From a bacterium (lineage in GTDB: Bacteria > Margulisbacteria > Marinamargulisbacteria > JABIPA01): 60,018 nucleotides of DNA. The notes below the pieces were generated by a model. It was not told the DNA's origin. It made no database searches and saw only the letters and a list, made by a program, of their open reading frames with translations. Numbering within the stretch: the first letter of the stretch is position 1; every line of letters starts with the position of its first letter. Shown in pieces: positions 1 to 9,776 of the stretch. Location: positions 1 to 60,018 of the forward strand of contig JABIQV010000001.1 in the NCBI GenBank assembly GCA_018699495.1. The letters run 5' to 3'. Both the position numbers and the translations under genes were made by a program.

Positions 1-326
1 TCGCCTACTTTTAACATGTGTCCATTAATGGCATAAGCCGTCCCACAGACAAAATCAATCAGACGTTTTCCAGAATCAGGATCTAAGTACTTTAAATTTA
101 TAATAACTGGCTTATTTTCTCTTAAATATGTAGCAATACTCAATGAATCCTCATAAATTCTTGGCTCTTCAACTTTTATTTCAGACACTGGGAATGCTGA
201 TAAGTTTTGGTTTCTTACCACGGGTTCTTTAAACACTCCTAAACGAGGAATTGGAGTCAAATCCTCGTCATCATTCGTTTCTTGAAATCCAAAAAATTCT
301 TTTATTTTATCTAAAGTATCGGACAT
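1..326 (-). CDS. sepF: Cell division protein SepF (3' end runs off the window; absent from the ORF track)
   Basis: Manual translation from ATG at 326: MSDTLDKIKEFFGFQE...EPRIYEDSLSIATYLRENKPVIINL...KRLIDFVCGTAYAINGHMLKVG. SD-like GAGG upstream; lies directly after yggS/ylmE as in dcw clusters. Confidence 0.9.
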   Translation of the reverse strand, partial: MSDTLDKIKEFFGFQETNDDEDLTPIPRLGVFKEPVVRNQNLSAFPVSEIKVEEPRIYEDSLSIATYLRENKPVIINLKYLDPDSGKRLIDFVCGTAYAINGHMLKVG

Positions 327-370
327 ATTTGTTTCCTCGTTTGTTTCTTATTTATTTTGTGACATGCCAA

Positions 371-1030
371 TCAATTAAAAAAGTAACGTCCAATTCGAAC
401 CATGGAGGCTCCATTTTCAGCAGCAATCAAAAAATCATTTGTCATTCCCATGCTTAATATTTCAAAGGATGGATAGTTTTTCTTCAGTCTCTCAAAACAC
501 TGAAACACCTGCTGATAGCACATTTCTATTTGATGGATATCCTCTGTTAAAGGACCCATTGCCATCAGCCCCTTTATTTTAACATACCTGGGCAATTCTA
601 TCTTGCTTAATACATCGTCAATGTCTCGCTCAGAAAACCCATACTTGTTATCCTCTCCCGTAAAGTTTACCTGCAAAAATATAGAAATATTCTTTTGTTT
701 TTTAACCGCTAATTCAACAATTTTATTTAATACCTTTTCGCTATGGACGGACTGAATAACGTCAAAGTAATCGATAATCTTTGATAGTTTATTTGTCTGT
801 ATTGGTCCGATAAAATGCCAGACTATGCTAGACGAAAGATGTTCAATAAGCGGTATCGCATGTTGCAGTCTATTTTCGCCAAGATTAGTAAACCCTGCTT
901 CAATTAATTGTGAAATTTTGTCCTGGTCATAATATTTCGTTACCGCCAAGACAGTTGTGAGGGGGTTAACTTTATATAAACTTGTCTTTAGTTTATTTAT
1001 CCTCTTTTCAAGAGGCTCGGTAGACGACAC
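371..1030 (-). CDS. yggS: PLP homeostasis protein, YggS/YlmE family
   Basis: Motifs LAVTK, GENR, WHFIGPIQTNK, LSMGMTND, MVRIG. Confidence 0.95.
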   Translation of the reverse strand: MSSTEPLEKRINKLKTSLYKVNPLTTVLAVTKYYDQDKISQLIEAGFTNLGENRLQHAIPLIEHLSSSIVWHFIGPIQTNKLSKIIDYFDVIQSVHSEKVLNKIVELAVKKQKNISIFLQVNFTGEDNKYGFSERDIDDVLSKIELPRYVKIKGLMAMGPLTEDIHQIEMCYQQVFQCFERLKKNYPSFEILSMGMTNDFLIAAENGASMVRIGRYFFN

Positions 1031-1037
1031 CAGATGG

Positions 1038-2462
1038 CTATCCTTTTTCCTTATTATTTTTTGATTTTTTTAGGCTATTTCCACGTTTTTTTAATTTTTT
1101 TAACTCTTTTTCAGATCCATCCAATATATCATCAGAAACCGTCCATTTTCCCTTAAACTCGTTTGGCAATTCGAATTTAAAGTCCCTAAATGCTTTTTCA
1201 ATAACTGTCATCAACCCTCTTGCTCCTGTTTTTTCCATTATAGCCAATGATGCAATTTTTTTGAGAAGTTTATCCGAAATTATGGTATCGATATCATAAT
1301 ACTTAAAAGATGCAATTAACTGATTTAAAATGGACGTTTCTGACTCCTTTAAAATTTGGAACAAGTCATTTTCGTCCAGTGAATTGCAGACGACTCTAAC
1401 CGGTAAACGACCCACAAACTCAGACTCCAACCCATAATCAATAAAATCTTGGGTCGACGAAAAACCAACTAACTGATTATCTTTATACCCTCTATTTTTT
1501 CTCTCAAAGCCAAATTTACTACCTTCTATACGTTTTCTGACGATGTTTTGAAGCCCGTCAAAGGCCCCGCTGACAATGAATAAAATATGTCTCGTATTTA
1601 TCGTCTCTTTTTTCTTGTTCTTTTTGCCCAAAAATCCCTGCAGCTGTGACTGAATATCCCAAGCGGTTTTTAAAGGAACATCTGTTTCTTCCATTAATTT
1701 CAACAAATTTGATTGAACACCTCTCCCGCTGACATCTTTACCAACCTTATCTGAGGACCCTGAAATCTTATCTATTTCATCTAAATAAATAATCCCATAT
1801 TGCGCCAAATCAGTATTTCCATTTGCTTTTGATACGAGTTGTCGGACGAGATCTTCAACATCTCCTCCAACATACCCTGTTTCAGTAAACTTAGTTGCGT
1901 CACTTTTTACAAACGGAACGCCGATTAAATCAGCAATACATTGAATTAGAAATGTTTTCCCCACGCCTGTCGGACCTACCATAATAACATTCTGTTTATG
2001 ATAATTTTTACACATATCTTTCAATTTCAAACATGATTTAACGTGGTTAAAATGGTCACAAACTGCAATTGACAACACCTTTTTTGCGTCGTCTTGTTTT
2101 ATAACAAACCGATCCAAATGAGCTTTGATTTCTTTGGGAATATAATCAAATATCAAATCTACCGTTTCGTTTTCTTCCGTCGATTCTACTTCAGATTTAA
2201 CATCTTCCGTTTGGCCAAATTCTTGGAAAAATAATTTAGATTTTATCCCCTGGCTCTTACTCATTAATTTGGTGATTTCACTGGCTAGATCATCAATATT
2301 ACTTAAGCGTTTTTTTACAGACGCAGTCCCTTTAGGCGCGTCCCCATCAAAAGGGGGTAAAGGGGTGAACACTCTTGCCTCAACGCTTTCCAGCTTATCT
2401 TTTTCGAATTCACTGCCTTTTTTATCATCACTTGATTTAATATCTTCTGAATTTGATTCCAT
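1038..2462 (-). CDS. ClpX-like AAA+ ATPase lacking the C4 zinc-binding domain; probable start ATG 2462
   Basis: Walker A GPTGVGKT, DATKFTETGYVGGDVE, Walker B IIYLDEIDK, DVSGRGVQSNLLK, TGARGL. The N-terminus is acidic with no Cys cluster. Confidence 0.85.
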   Translation of the reverse strand: MESNSEDIKSSDDKKGSEFEKDKLESVEARVFTPLPPFDGDAPKGTASVKKRLSNIDDLASEITKLMSKSQGIKSKLFFQEFGQTEDVKSEVESTEENETVDLIFDYIPKEIKAHLDRFVIKQDDAKKVLSIAVCDHFNHVKSCLKLKDMCKNYHKQNVIMVGPTGVGKTFLIQCIADLIGVPFVKSDATKFTETGYVGGDVEDLVRQLVSKANGNTDLAQYGIIYLDEIDKISGSSDKVGKDVSGRGVQSNLLKLMEETDVPLKTAWDIQSQLQGFLGKKNKKKETINTRHILFIVSGAFDGLQNIVRKRIEGSKFGFERKNRGYKDNQLVGFSSTQDFIDYGLESEFVGRLPVRVVCNSLDENDLFQILKESETSILNQLIASFKYYDIDTIISDKLLKKIASLAIMEKTGARGLMTVIEKAFRDFKFELPNEFKGKWTVSDDILDGSEKELKKLKKRGNSLKKSKNNKEKG

Positions 2463-2514
2463 TAAAAGAAAGTATACACATGACAATTTTATGCGTCGAG
2501 ACTCCCCCTAAATC

Positions 2515-2544
2515 TTGACGCCCCCTTTTTTATACTGATATGTT
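2515..2544 (+). promoter_or_regulatory. Putative sigma70 promoter of the mPPase-like/tpiA/ppi unit
   Basis: TTGACG (2515-2520), 18 nt, TGaTATGTT (2536-2544); ATG 6 nt downstream. Confidence 0.5.
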
Positions 2545-2550
2545 GGTTAA

Positions 2551-4563
2551 ATGAATCTTGGATTATCTTTAATTTTGACACTTTCTATATTCTTGACCAC
2601 TTATGGTCTATTTATTTTTCTAAACGTTTCCAAGATAAAAACCGACACGCCTGACCAGAACTTCGTTACGGGCCTAGTTATTGATGGCCTTAAAGCATAC
2701 TGGTATCGCCTATTTAGTTCGATTATCCAAGTTTTAATCTCTTTAATTGCGGTCGTTGCATTATTTACTTATTTTTTTGACAAACTGTTTATGGTGGACC
2801 AAATTCTGGGGTTCCTTATGGGCGGAATTGCTATGCTTCTTGTTTCTTTTGTTAGTTTTACATTATATCCTAAACTCATTCCAGCGATAATCAGCCAAAA
2901 TTTAGGGTACTTAAAAGATGGGATTCTTATTCAATATAAAACGACATCCTCTCTGTCATTTTTAATCAATAGCCTCCCCATGATTTTTCTTTGTATTTCG
3001 TTGTTAATATTTGATATAGAGGTCATTATTGGATTTAGTTTAGGGCTAATATTCACGGCATTATTTTTACGCATTGGTGGAGGTCTTTATTATACTAGTT
3101 CAGATTTGGCTAACCAATTAAGTTTCGAATTTGGTGAAAACATTCCTCAGGACGACAAACGCAACCCAGGTTCAATCATGGAACTTATTGGGATTTATAT
3201 TAGCCAAATAACTGGATTCATTTGCGATGTTTTAGGGTCGTACATATTTTCGGTTGCAGGCTGCTTATTAACCATATTTAGCCTGACAAAATTTCAAATC
3301 GTGCCCAATGAAATACTTAACAACTTTTATTTTTTTCCTTTTATGATGATATTTTCTGGTCTTTCATCATCGTTTATTTCTTATTTTTATTGTGTGGTTA
3401 GAATCAAAAATGGAAAACACTCAAATTTTCTGCTCGAAGGAATTTATTTATCTATTATCCTGTGCGGATTTTCTGCGTTTATTGTTTCCCGAATTACCGC
3501 CAATCAAATTGTTTCGTTCTTGCCGTTTATATTTGGTCTAATTGGGGCCATTTTAATATGTTTTTTATCTGAATACATTACCTCTCAACGGTTTCAGCCG
3601 AGTAAACCATCTTGCAGCACTGCCCAATTTGGAAGTATTCTTCCTTTTTTAAGCAGTAGTTCTTTAGGATACAAGACAAATAGTGTTTTTTTATTTATTT
3701 CGTTTTCCTTTCTCTCTGCTAGTTATTTGGTTTCCGGTACCGTTGGAATGATTATCGCAATATTTGGATTTGTTTCTGTTACGCACACTATTTTACAAAC
3801 CAAGATCTTCTCTCATTTTTCTGTAATAACTTCAAAACTCTCGACACTTAGCTCTGCAAAACAAATATCGATGCACCATCTAAAAAAAACAGAGGAGATA
3901 GGGTCTACCACAGTAGCCGTTGGAAATGGATATGCCACTGCAGCAGCGATTCTTGCAACGTTTTCTATATTATTTTCATTTATTTATATTCAGCACTACG
4001 ATTTCAAATCACTCCTTATCGTTGATTTTAGATTACTCATAGGGATTCTTATTGGGCTAACATTACCTTTCACCGTTGTAAGTTACTTATTGAAAGCTCT
4101 ATCTTCACAAACCATTACCATTCTTAAAGAGATATCGAGGCAATACAAAGAAATTCCTTATTTAATGGAAAACAAATCACATCCAGACATTATTCGGCTA
4201 TCTGACCACACAACCTTCATGTCTATGAACGCCATGATTGTCCCAGGAATCCTTATTGGACTCGTTCCCATAGCATTGGGTTTCGTTTTTGGAATAAAGC
4301 TCAGCATAGGCTTAATAATCGGCTGTTTTTTTACAGGATTCAATCAAGGCCTCTTTTGGGCAGTTACCGGAGATAGCCTTCATTTTGCTAAACGTCATAT
4401 CGAAGATGGTCATTTTGGAGGTAAAAATAGCGAGACGTTCTATAATATTCGAAGTGTTGATCATATTGGGAAGGCCTATCGTGACCTTTTAAATCCAACC
4501 TTAAATATTTTAATAAAGGCCGTTACAATTATTTCTATCTTTGTCATTTTAAATCTTGCGTAA
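2551..4563 (+). CDS. Membrane-bound H+/Na+-translocating pyrophosphatase (HppA family) homologue with degenerate catalytic motifs
   Basis: Multi-TM 670 aa protein. Scaffold landmarks RIGGG, IPQDDKRNP, EISRQYKEIP, AKRHIEDGHFGGK, NPTLNILIK are recognisable; the catalytic Asp motifs are replaced. Confidence 0.85.
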   Translation: MNLGLSLILTLSIFLTTYGLFIFLNVSKIKTDTPDQNFVTGLVIDGLKAYWYRLFSSIIQVLISLIAVVALFTYFFDKLFMVDQILGFLMGGIAMLLVSFVSFTLYPKLIPAIISQNLGYLKDGILIQYKTTSSLSFLINSLPMIFLCISLLIFDIEVIIGFSLGLIFTALFLRIGGGLYYTSSDLANQLSFEFGENIPQDDKRNPGSIMELIGIYISQITGFICDVLGSYIFSVAGCLLTIFSLTKFQIVPNEILNNFYFFPFMMIFSGLSSSFISYFYCVVRIKNGKHSNFLLEGIYLSIILCGFSAFIVSRITANQIVSFLPFIFGLIGAILICFLSEYITSQRFQPSKPSCSTAQFGSILPFLSSSSLGYKTNSVFLFISFSFLSASYLVSGTVGMIIAIFGFVSVTHTILQTKIFSHFSVITSKLSTLSSAKQISMHHLKKTEEIGSTTVAVGNGYATAAAILATFSILFSFIYIQHYDFKSLLIVDFRLLIGILIGLTLPFTVVSYLLKALSSQTITILKEISRQYKEIPYLMENKSHPDIIRLSDHTTFMSMNAMIVPGILIGLVPIALGFVFGIKLSIGLIIGCFFTGFNQGLFWAVTGDSLHFAKRHIEDGHFGGKNSETFYNIRSVDHIGKAYRDLLNPTLNILIKAVTIISIFVILNLA

Positions 4564-4596
4564 CATATAAAGTATAAATAGAAGGAGTCCACCATA

Positions 4597-5385
4597 ATGA
4601 GAAAGCCAATAATTGCTGCAAACTGGAAAATGAATAAAACGATCAAAGAAAGTCAATTATTCATGCAGAAGTTTTTATTTGATTACACACCTATTAGCTG
4701 TGACATCGTAATTTGTCCGCCCGTAACTGCTCTTTCGAGTGTAGGATCGATTATCTCTGGTTCTTCGTACAGTTCCTCTATAAAATTAGGAACTCAAAAT
4801 TGTCACTGGGAAGAAAAAGGGGCTTACACAGGTGAGGTTTCATTGCCTATGCTCAAAGAATTTTCCGTAAATTCCGTTATCATCGGACACTCAGAACGAC
4901 GCCAATATTTTTCAGAAACGAACCAAACCGTGAATAAAAAACTTAAAGCAATTTATTCTCAAAATTTGCGTCCGATATTCTGTATTGGCGAATCATTAGA
5001 GCAACGAGAAGCTGGGAATACATTCACTGTATTGTCAACGCAATTAAATGAAGGTCTTGATGATATTTCGATTACATCTGGTGAAGATATTGTTATTGCG
5101 TACGAACCTATATGGGCCATTGGCACAGGAAATGTAGCGACTCCAAAACAAATTCAAGCTGTTCATTCGTTTATCCGAGAAACGTTATCTGTATTATTTT
5201 CTCCATCTATTGCATCAGCCATTCGTATTCAATACGGAGGTTCTGTTAAACCATCAAACATTGAATCGATCATGCAATTAAAAGACGTAGATGGGGCATT
5301 GGTAGGTGGTGCAAGTTTAGAACCAGACGACTTTATGAGTCTTATACAGATAGCTTGTAAAGCTAAAGAACAGATACGTTCATAA
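4597..5385 (+). CDS. tpiA: Triosephosphate isomerase
   Basis: AANWKMN, IIGHSERR, AYEPIWAIGTG, YGGSVKP, LVGGASL; RBS GAAGGAG. Confidence 0.98.
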   Translation: MRKPIIAANWKMNKTIKESQLFMQKFLFDYTPISCDIVICPPVTALSSVGSIISGSSYSSSIKLGTQNCHWEEKGAYTGEVSLPMLKEFSVNSVIIGHSERRQYFSETNQTVNKKLKAIYSQNLRPIFCIGESLEQREAGNTFTVLSTQLNEGLDDISITSGEDIVIAYEPIWAIGTGNVATPKQIQAVHSFIRETLSVLFSPSIASAIRIQYGGSVKPSNIESIMQLKDVDGALVGGASLEPDDFMSLIQIACKAKEQIRS

Positions 5386-5413
5386 CCCAATAACAAATTA
5401 AAAGGAATCCAAT

Positions 5414-6046
5414 ATGATACATTTTACAAACACTTTTTTTATCAAACGTCTTAAACAATTAGCCCCTTTTATTGTGCTAATCGCTCTGTCACTAAACATA
5501 TGGGCTGAACCCCAACCAAAAATTCTTATCCAGACTAATAAAGGAGATATCATTCTTGAACTAGATGCCGAAAAAGCACCTCTTTCCGTCAAAAACTTTA
5601 TAACCTACACAGAATCGGGATTTTATACCGACACAATATTTCACAGAATCATTAAAAACTTCATGATTCAGGGAGGCGGGTTTACAAAATCATTTGACCG
5701 TAAAAAGGTTAATTCGCCAATTAAAAATGAAGCTAAAAATGGTTTGAAAAATAAAAAAGGAACAATTTCAATGGCCAGAACAAACGTTTGGGATAGTGCG
5801 ACATCTCAATTTTTTATAAATTTGGTAGATAACGGATTTTTAGATAATCAATATGCAGTATTTGGAAAGGTAATCACAGGTATTGAAGTTGTCGATAAAA
5901 TTGGAAACTTAAAAACACAAGCGTTAAACTCTTCATTTCAAAACATTCCCTATGAACCAGTCGTAATAAAATCAGTTACGGTACTAGGAAATAAAAAAAC
6001 GAATAACGCACCGTCCTCTAATAAGAGCACAGAGATACGTAAATAA
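5414..6046 (+). CDS. Cyclophilin-type peptidyl-prolyl isomerase with signal peptide
   Basis: FHRIIKNFMIQGGG, ISMART, ATSQFFIN, YAVFGKV; hydrophobic N-terminus. Confidence 0.95.
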   Translation: MIHFTNTFFIKRLKQLAPFIVLIALSLNIWAEPQPKILIQTNKGDIILELDAEKAPLSVKNFITYTESGFYTDTIFHRIIKNFMIQGGGFTKSFDRKKVNSPIKNEAKNGLKNKKGTISMARTNVWDSATSQFFINLVDNGFLDNQYAVFGKVITGIEVVDKIGNLKTQALNSSFQNIPYEPVVIKSVTVLGNKKTNNAPSSNKSTEIRK

Positions 6047-6232
6047 GATAAATCTAAACATTTACAAGAATATTTAGACGGCTCACTTTTCAATAAAAGT
6101 CCAAATATTCTTGTTGTTTGCTAGTCGACTAAACTAATAAATAGTTTCTTTATTCTCAACACTTTAAGATAAGTTGATAAAGATCTAGCGCCCCTTAACG
6201 AAAAAAGCGAATCCTTGGAGATTCAAAAAAAG

Positions 6233-6272
6233 TTCAGGTGGAGTTTTGTATTAATACAAAACTCCACCTGAA
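6233..6272. terminator. Perfect 40-bp palindrome between convergent genes, probable bidirectional terminator
   Basis: TTCAGGTGGAGTTTTGTATT|AATACAAAACTCCACCTGAA; an A-tract at 6225-6231 gives a U-tail on the minus strand. Confidence 0.7.
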
Positions 6273-6299
6273 GATCAATAAAAATAAACGCGAACGATT

Positions 6300-7223
6300 T
6301 TAGACCCTATCAAGGTAGGATTTGAGGGTATTCTTCATTAACATTGCAATTGTCATAGGTCCTACGCCTCCGGGAACAGGCGTAATTAAACGTGCCTTCT
6401 TACTCGCTCCCTCAAAATCAACATCTCCTACCAATTTATACCCACGTTCCCTCGTCGAATCATCAACTCTGTTAACACCGACATCAATCACTACGGCACC
6501 CTCTTTCACCATGTCCTCTTTGACAAATAATGGCTGACCTATTGCAGCAATCAGAATATCCGCCTGTAAGGTAATCTCTTTTAAATTCTTTGTACGAGAA
6601 TGACAAACTGTTACTGTCGCATTCCCAGGTTCCCCTGGCTCCGATTTTTGAATTAACATTGCGCTTAATGGCTTCCCTACGATATTGCTTCGTCCAACTA
6701 TAACAACATGTTTACCAGACGTTTCAACCTTGTACGCTTTTAATAACTCACATACACCAAAAGGGGTACATGACTTAAACGTAGGTAACCCTAATAATAA
6801 TTTTCCGACATTAACGGGGTGAAACCCATCGACATCCTTTTCGTGAGATATTAAGTCTAACAATTTTCGCTCATTCAATCCTTTTGGAAGTGGAACTTGA
6901 AGTAAAATTCCGTCCACATCTTGGTCATTGTTAAGCCGCTCAATTAAGGCGATTAGTTCGTCTTCGGTAACTGCCGCACTAAGAACATAATCAAAAGACT
7001 TCATTCCTAGGGATTCACAAACTTTTTTCTTTCTCCCAACATAAGTTGCCGATGCAGGATCGTTCCCAACTAATATTACAGCTAGCCCTGGACGTCTTTT
7101 TCCTGACGAAATCAGTCCTTCTATTTTTTCTTTAAGGTCTACAAGTAACTGATCAGACACTTTCTTTCCGTCTATAATTTGTACCATATCAATCATTTTT
7201 AATTCTCCAATATTACTTAACAT
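6300..7223 (-). CDS. folD: Bifunctional methylene-THF dehydrogenase/cyclohydrolase
   Basis: KDVDGFHP, PCTP-like SCTPFG, GRSNIVGKP, ITPVPGGVGPMT. The true start may be a few codons downstream. Confidence 0.97.
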   Translation of the reverse strand: MLSNIGELKMIDMVQIIDGKKVSDQLLVDLKEKIEGLISSGKRRPGLAVILVGNDPASATYVGRKKKVCESLGMKSFDYVLSAAVTEDELIALIERLNNDQDVDGILLQVPLPKGLNERKLLDLISHEKDVDGFHPVNVGKLLLGLPTFKSCTPFGVCELLKAYKVETSGKHVVIVGRSNIVGKPLSAMLIQKSEPGEPGNATVTVCHSRTKNLKEITLQADILIAAIGQPLFVKEDMVKEGAVVIDVGVNRVDDSTRERGYKLVGDVDFEGASKKARLITPVPGGVGPMTIAMLMKNTLKSYLDRV

Positions 7224-7258
7224 AAACGTCTCCTATTAGGACTCCTAATTTAACTTAC

Positions 7259-7675
7259 CTATTTTTTATCACTTTCATTTATAACAAAGCGTTTATTATC
7301 TTCCACGCCACCCTTATATTTATCGTAGGTACCCTCTTTGTATCCTTCATCTTGCCGTTTATGATTGAGTTTATTTTTTTTAAAATACAGTTCAAAGACC
7401 TCTTTTGCGTCTAACCCCGACACTGAACACATTGATACCCAAAAATGTAGCATATCAACTAACTCGATTTTAACGTTATCCCAATCTTCTTCGTCCTTTT
7501 TCCACCATTTCCAGTTTAAACTGTCGACAGCTTCCGCGGACTCTTGCCTTAACGCTAGTTCAAAATTAAGAAACCATTTTCTTCTTATGTCTGGGTCTTT
7601 AATATCTGTATATAAGCTAGGGTTTATTTTTTCGTTCAATTCAATTTGTTTGTCAAAAATATCTTGTAGTTCCAT
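7259..7675 (-). CDS. Dimeric (all-alpha) dUTPase
   Basis: E-x-x-E, WKWWK, ELVDMLHF, Y-x-x-KN-x-x-N-x-x-RQ-x-x-GY signatures. Confidence 0.9.
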   Translation of the reverse strand: MELQDIFDKQIELNEKINPSLYTDIKDPDIRRKWFLNFELALRQESAEAVDSLNWKWWKKDEEDWDNVKIELVDMLHFWVSMCSVSGLDAKEVFELYFKKNKLNHKRQDEGYKEGTYDKYKGGVEDNKRFVINESDKK

Positions 7676-8120
7676 TTTGTTTTAGTCTCCTTTATATTAA
7701 GGCTCTTATTTTAACGCCTTTCCTTTGAACAATAAAATGGAAATGTGTTTTTATAATATTTAATAATTCGTTTAAACTCATTTAAGTAACCGTTACAATT
7801 TCATTCCATAAAAAAAGAAGCTAAAAACTTATGTATTAACACACATTAGTCCATTCACATATTTTGAATTTTTGGATAAACGAAACGGAAAGTGATTACT
7901 TACTTTATCCGCTATTTCATTCGAATCGGAAGCATACTTCAATTCTAAAATTTAACGCCTAAACAATTATTAACCAGCCTACTAGTCTTTAGTAACATTC
8001 AAACTATATCCGAAATTTAAGAACACAACTAATTGCTAGCTCCTGACAAAAATTACTTGAATTATTCAACCCATATAAAAATCCCTTTTGACTTAAAAAA
8101 CAGCATGCTATCATACTAAA

Positions 8121-9776
8121 ATGAACAATCAACTCATAAAAAAATACAGTCCTACAAAATCAATACCTATAAAAAATAGAACATGGCCAGATAGTATTAT
8201 TAGCGATTCCCCAACATGGTGTAGCGTTGACTTACGGGACGGAAACCAAGCCCTTATCAATCCCATGAACATGGACCAAAAACTATCGTTATTTAAACTA
8301 CTAGTAGATATAGGCTTCAAAGAAATTGAAGTAGGCTTCCCATCTGCGGCTCAAGTCGAATTCGATTTTTTAAGAAACCTGATAGACAATAATCTAATTC
8401 CTGATGACGTAACCGTACAAGTTCTCTGCCAAGCAAGAAAACACTTGATTGATCGAACGTTTGAAGCGATTGACGGCGCCAAAAATGTAATTTTTCATAT
8501 CTACAACTCTACGTCTACCGCTCAAAGAGAAATCGTCTTTCAAAAAAGCAAACAAGAAATTAAAGACATAGCTTGCCAGGGAGTAAATTGGGTAAATGAA
8601 AACCTAAGCAAAACATCATCTAATGTTCGTCTCCAGTATTCCCCAGAAAGTTTTACAGGAACAGAGATTGAATATGCCGTAGACGTTTGTGAAGCCGTTT
8701 TAGACACATGGTCTGGTCAAAAGCCTGTAATAATGAACTTACCTGCAACAGTAGAATTATTTACACCTAATATTTATGCAGATATGATCGAATGGTTTAT
8801 TACTCATTTTTCTCGTCCAAACGAAATTATTGTAAGCGTTCACACTCATAATGATAGAGGTACTGGTGTTGCCGCTTCAGAATTTGGAGTTATGGCAGGT
8901 GCTACTAGAGTTGAAGGTACCCTATTTGGAAATGGAGAACGTACCGGAAATGTAGACATCATTACACTTGCTCTCAACCTATATACCCAAGGCGTTGAAA
9001 CAAATTTAGATTTACACGGATTAGATAAAATTATTGACGTTTATAAATCATGTACAAACTTGCCAATTCACCCTCGCCACCCTTATGTTGGAGACTTAGT
9101 ATACACGGCCTTTTCTGGATCTCATCAGGATGCGATTAAAAAAGGCTTGGCTTCCAGAAAAGCGCTCAAAAAAGAAAAATGGGATATACCTTATCTCCCT
9201 ATAGACCCAACTGATTTAGGCCGAACTTACGAAGCCGTTATACGAATAAATAGCCAATCTGGAAAAGGCGGAATTGCCTATATCATGGAAAATGAATACG
9301 GGTACTCCTTGCCGAAAAGCATGCATCCCGAATTCAGTAAATTAATTCAAATCTTAACAGAAAAATCAGGCAAGGAAATTTCTTCAGACGAAATTTATAC
9401 TTGTTTTAAAGATAGCTACTTAAGTCTAAGTTATCCATTTAAATTAATTAAATTTAAATCAAATCAAAATGATGAAGATGAAACATCCGTCACGTTAACA
9501 TTAACATTAGACGGTCGAGAATTGGCTATCAAAGGCTCTGGAAACGGGCCAATTGATGCAAGTAAACAAGCCCTTCTTCCACATACTAGTGGGTTTAAAA
9601 TTGTTAATTATGCTGAACATTCCTTGTCTGAAGGTTCAGATTCGAAAGCTATCGCTTATATACAATTGGAATCTAAAACGGGTCAGCAATGTTACGGGGT
9701 CGGTATCGATCCGAGTATTAACCTAGCATCAATCAAAGCGTTATTTTCGGCATTAAATCGTCTTCACTATTTATAG
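8121..9776 (+). CDS. leuA: 2-isopropylmalate synthase (LEU4/actinobacterial type)
   Basis: WCSVDLRDGNQAL, HTHNDRG, GNGERTGNVD, AFSGSHQDAI, IRINSQSGKGG. Confidence 0.97.
   Translation: MNNQLIKKYSPTKSIPIKNRTWPDSIISDSPTWCSVDLRDGNQALINPMNMDQKLSLFKLLVDIGFKEIEVGFPSAAQVEFDFLRNLIDNNLIPDDVTVQVLCQARKHLIDRTFEAIDGAKNVIFHIYNSTSTAQREIVFQKSKQEIKDIACQGVNWVNENLSKTSSNVRLQYSPESFTGTEIEYAVDVCEAVLDTWSGQKPVIMNLPATVELFTPNIYADMIEWFITHFSRPNEIIVSVHTHNDRGTGVAASEFGVMAGATRVEGTLFGNGERTGNVDIITLALNLYTQGVETNLDLHGLDKIIDVYKSCTNLPIHPRHPYVGDLVYTAFSGSHQDAIKKGLASRKALKKEKWDIPYLPIDPTDLGRTYEAVIRINSQSGKGGIAYIMENEYGYSLPKSMHPEFSKLIQILTEKSGKEISSDEIYTCFKDSYLSLSYPFKLIKFKSNQNDEDETSVTLTLTLDGRELAIKGSGNGPIDASKQALLPHTSGFKIVNYAEHSLSEGSDSKAIAYIQLESKTGQQCYGVGIDPSINLASIKALFSALNRLHYL

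Noticed and set aside
7676-8120. Leucine attenuator or T-box upstream of leuA
   Set aside because: No Leu-rich leader peptide, T-box consensus or terminator is seen; the promoter appears to abut the start codon.
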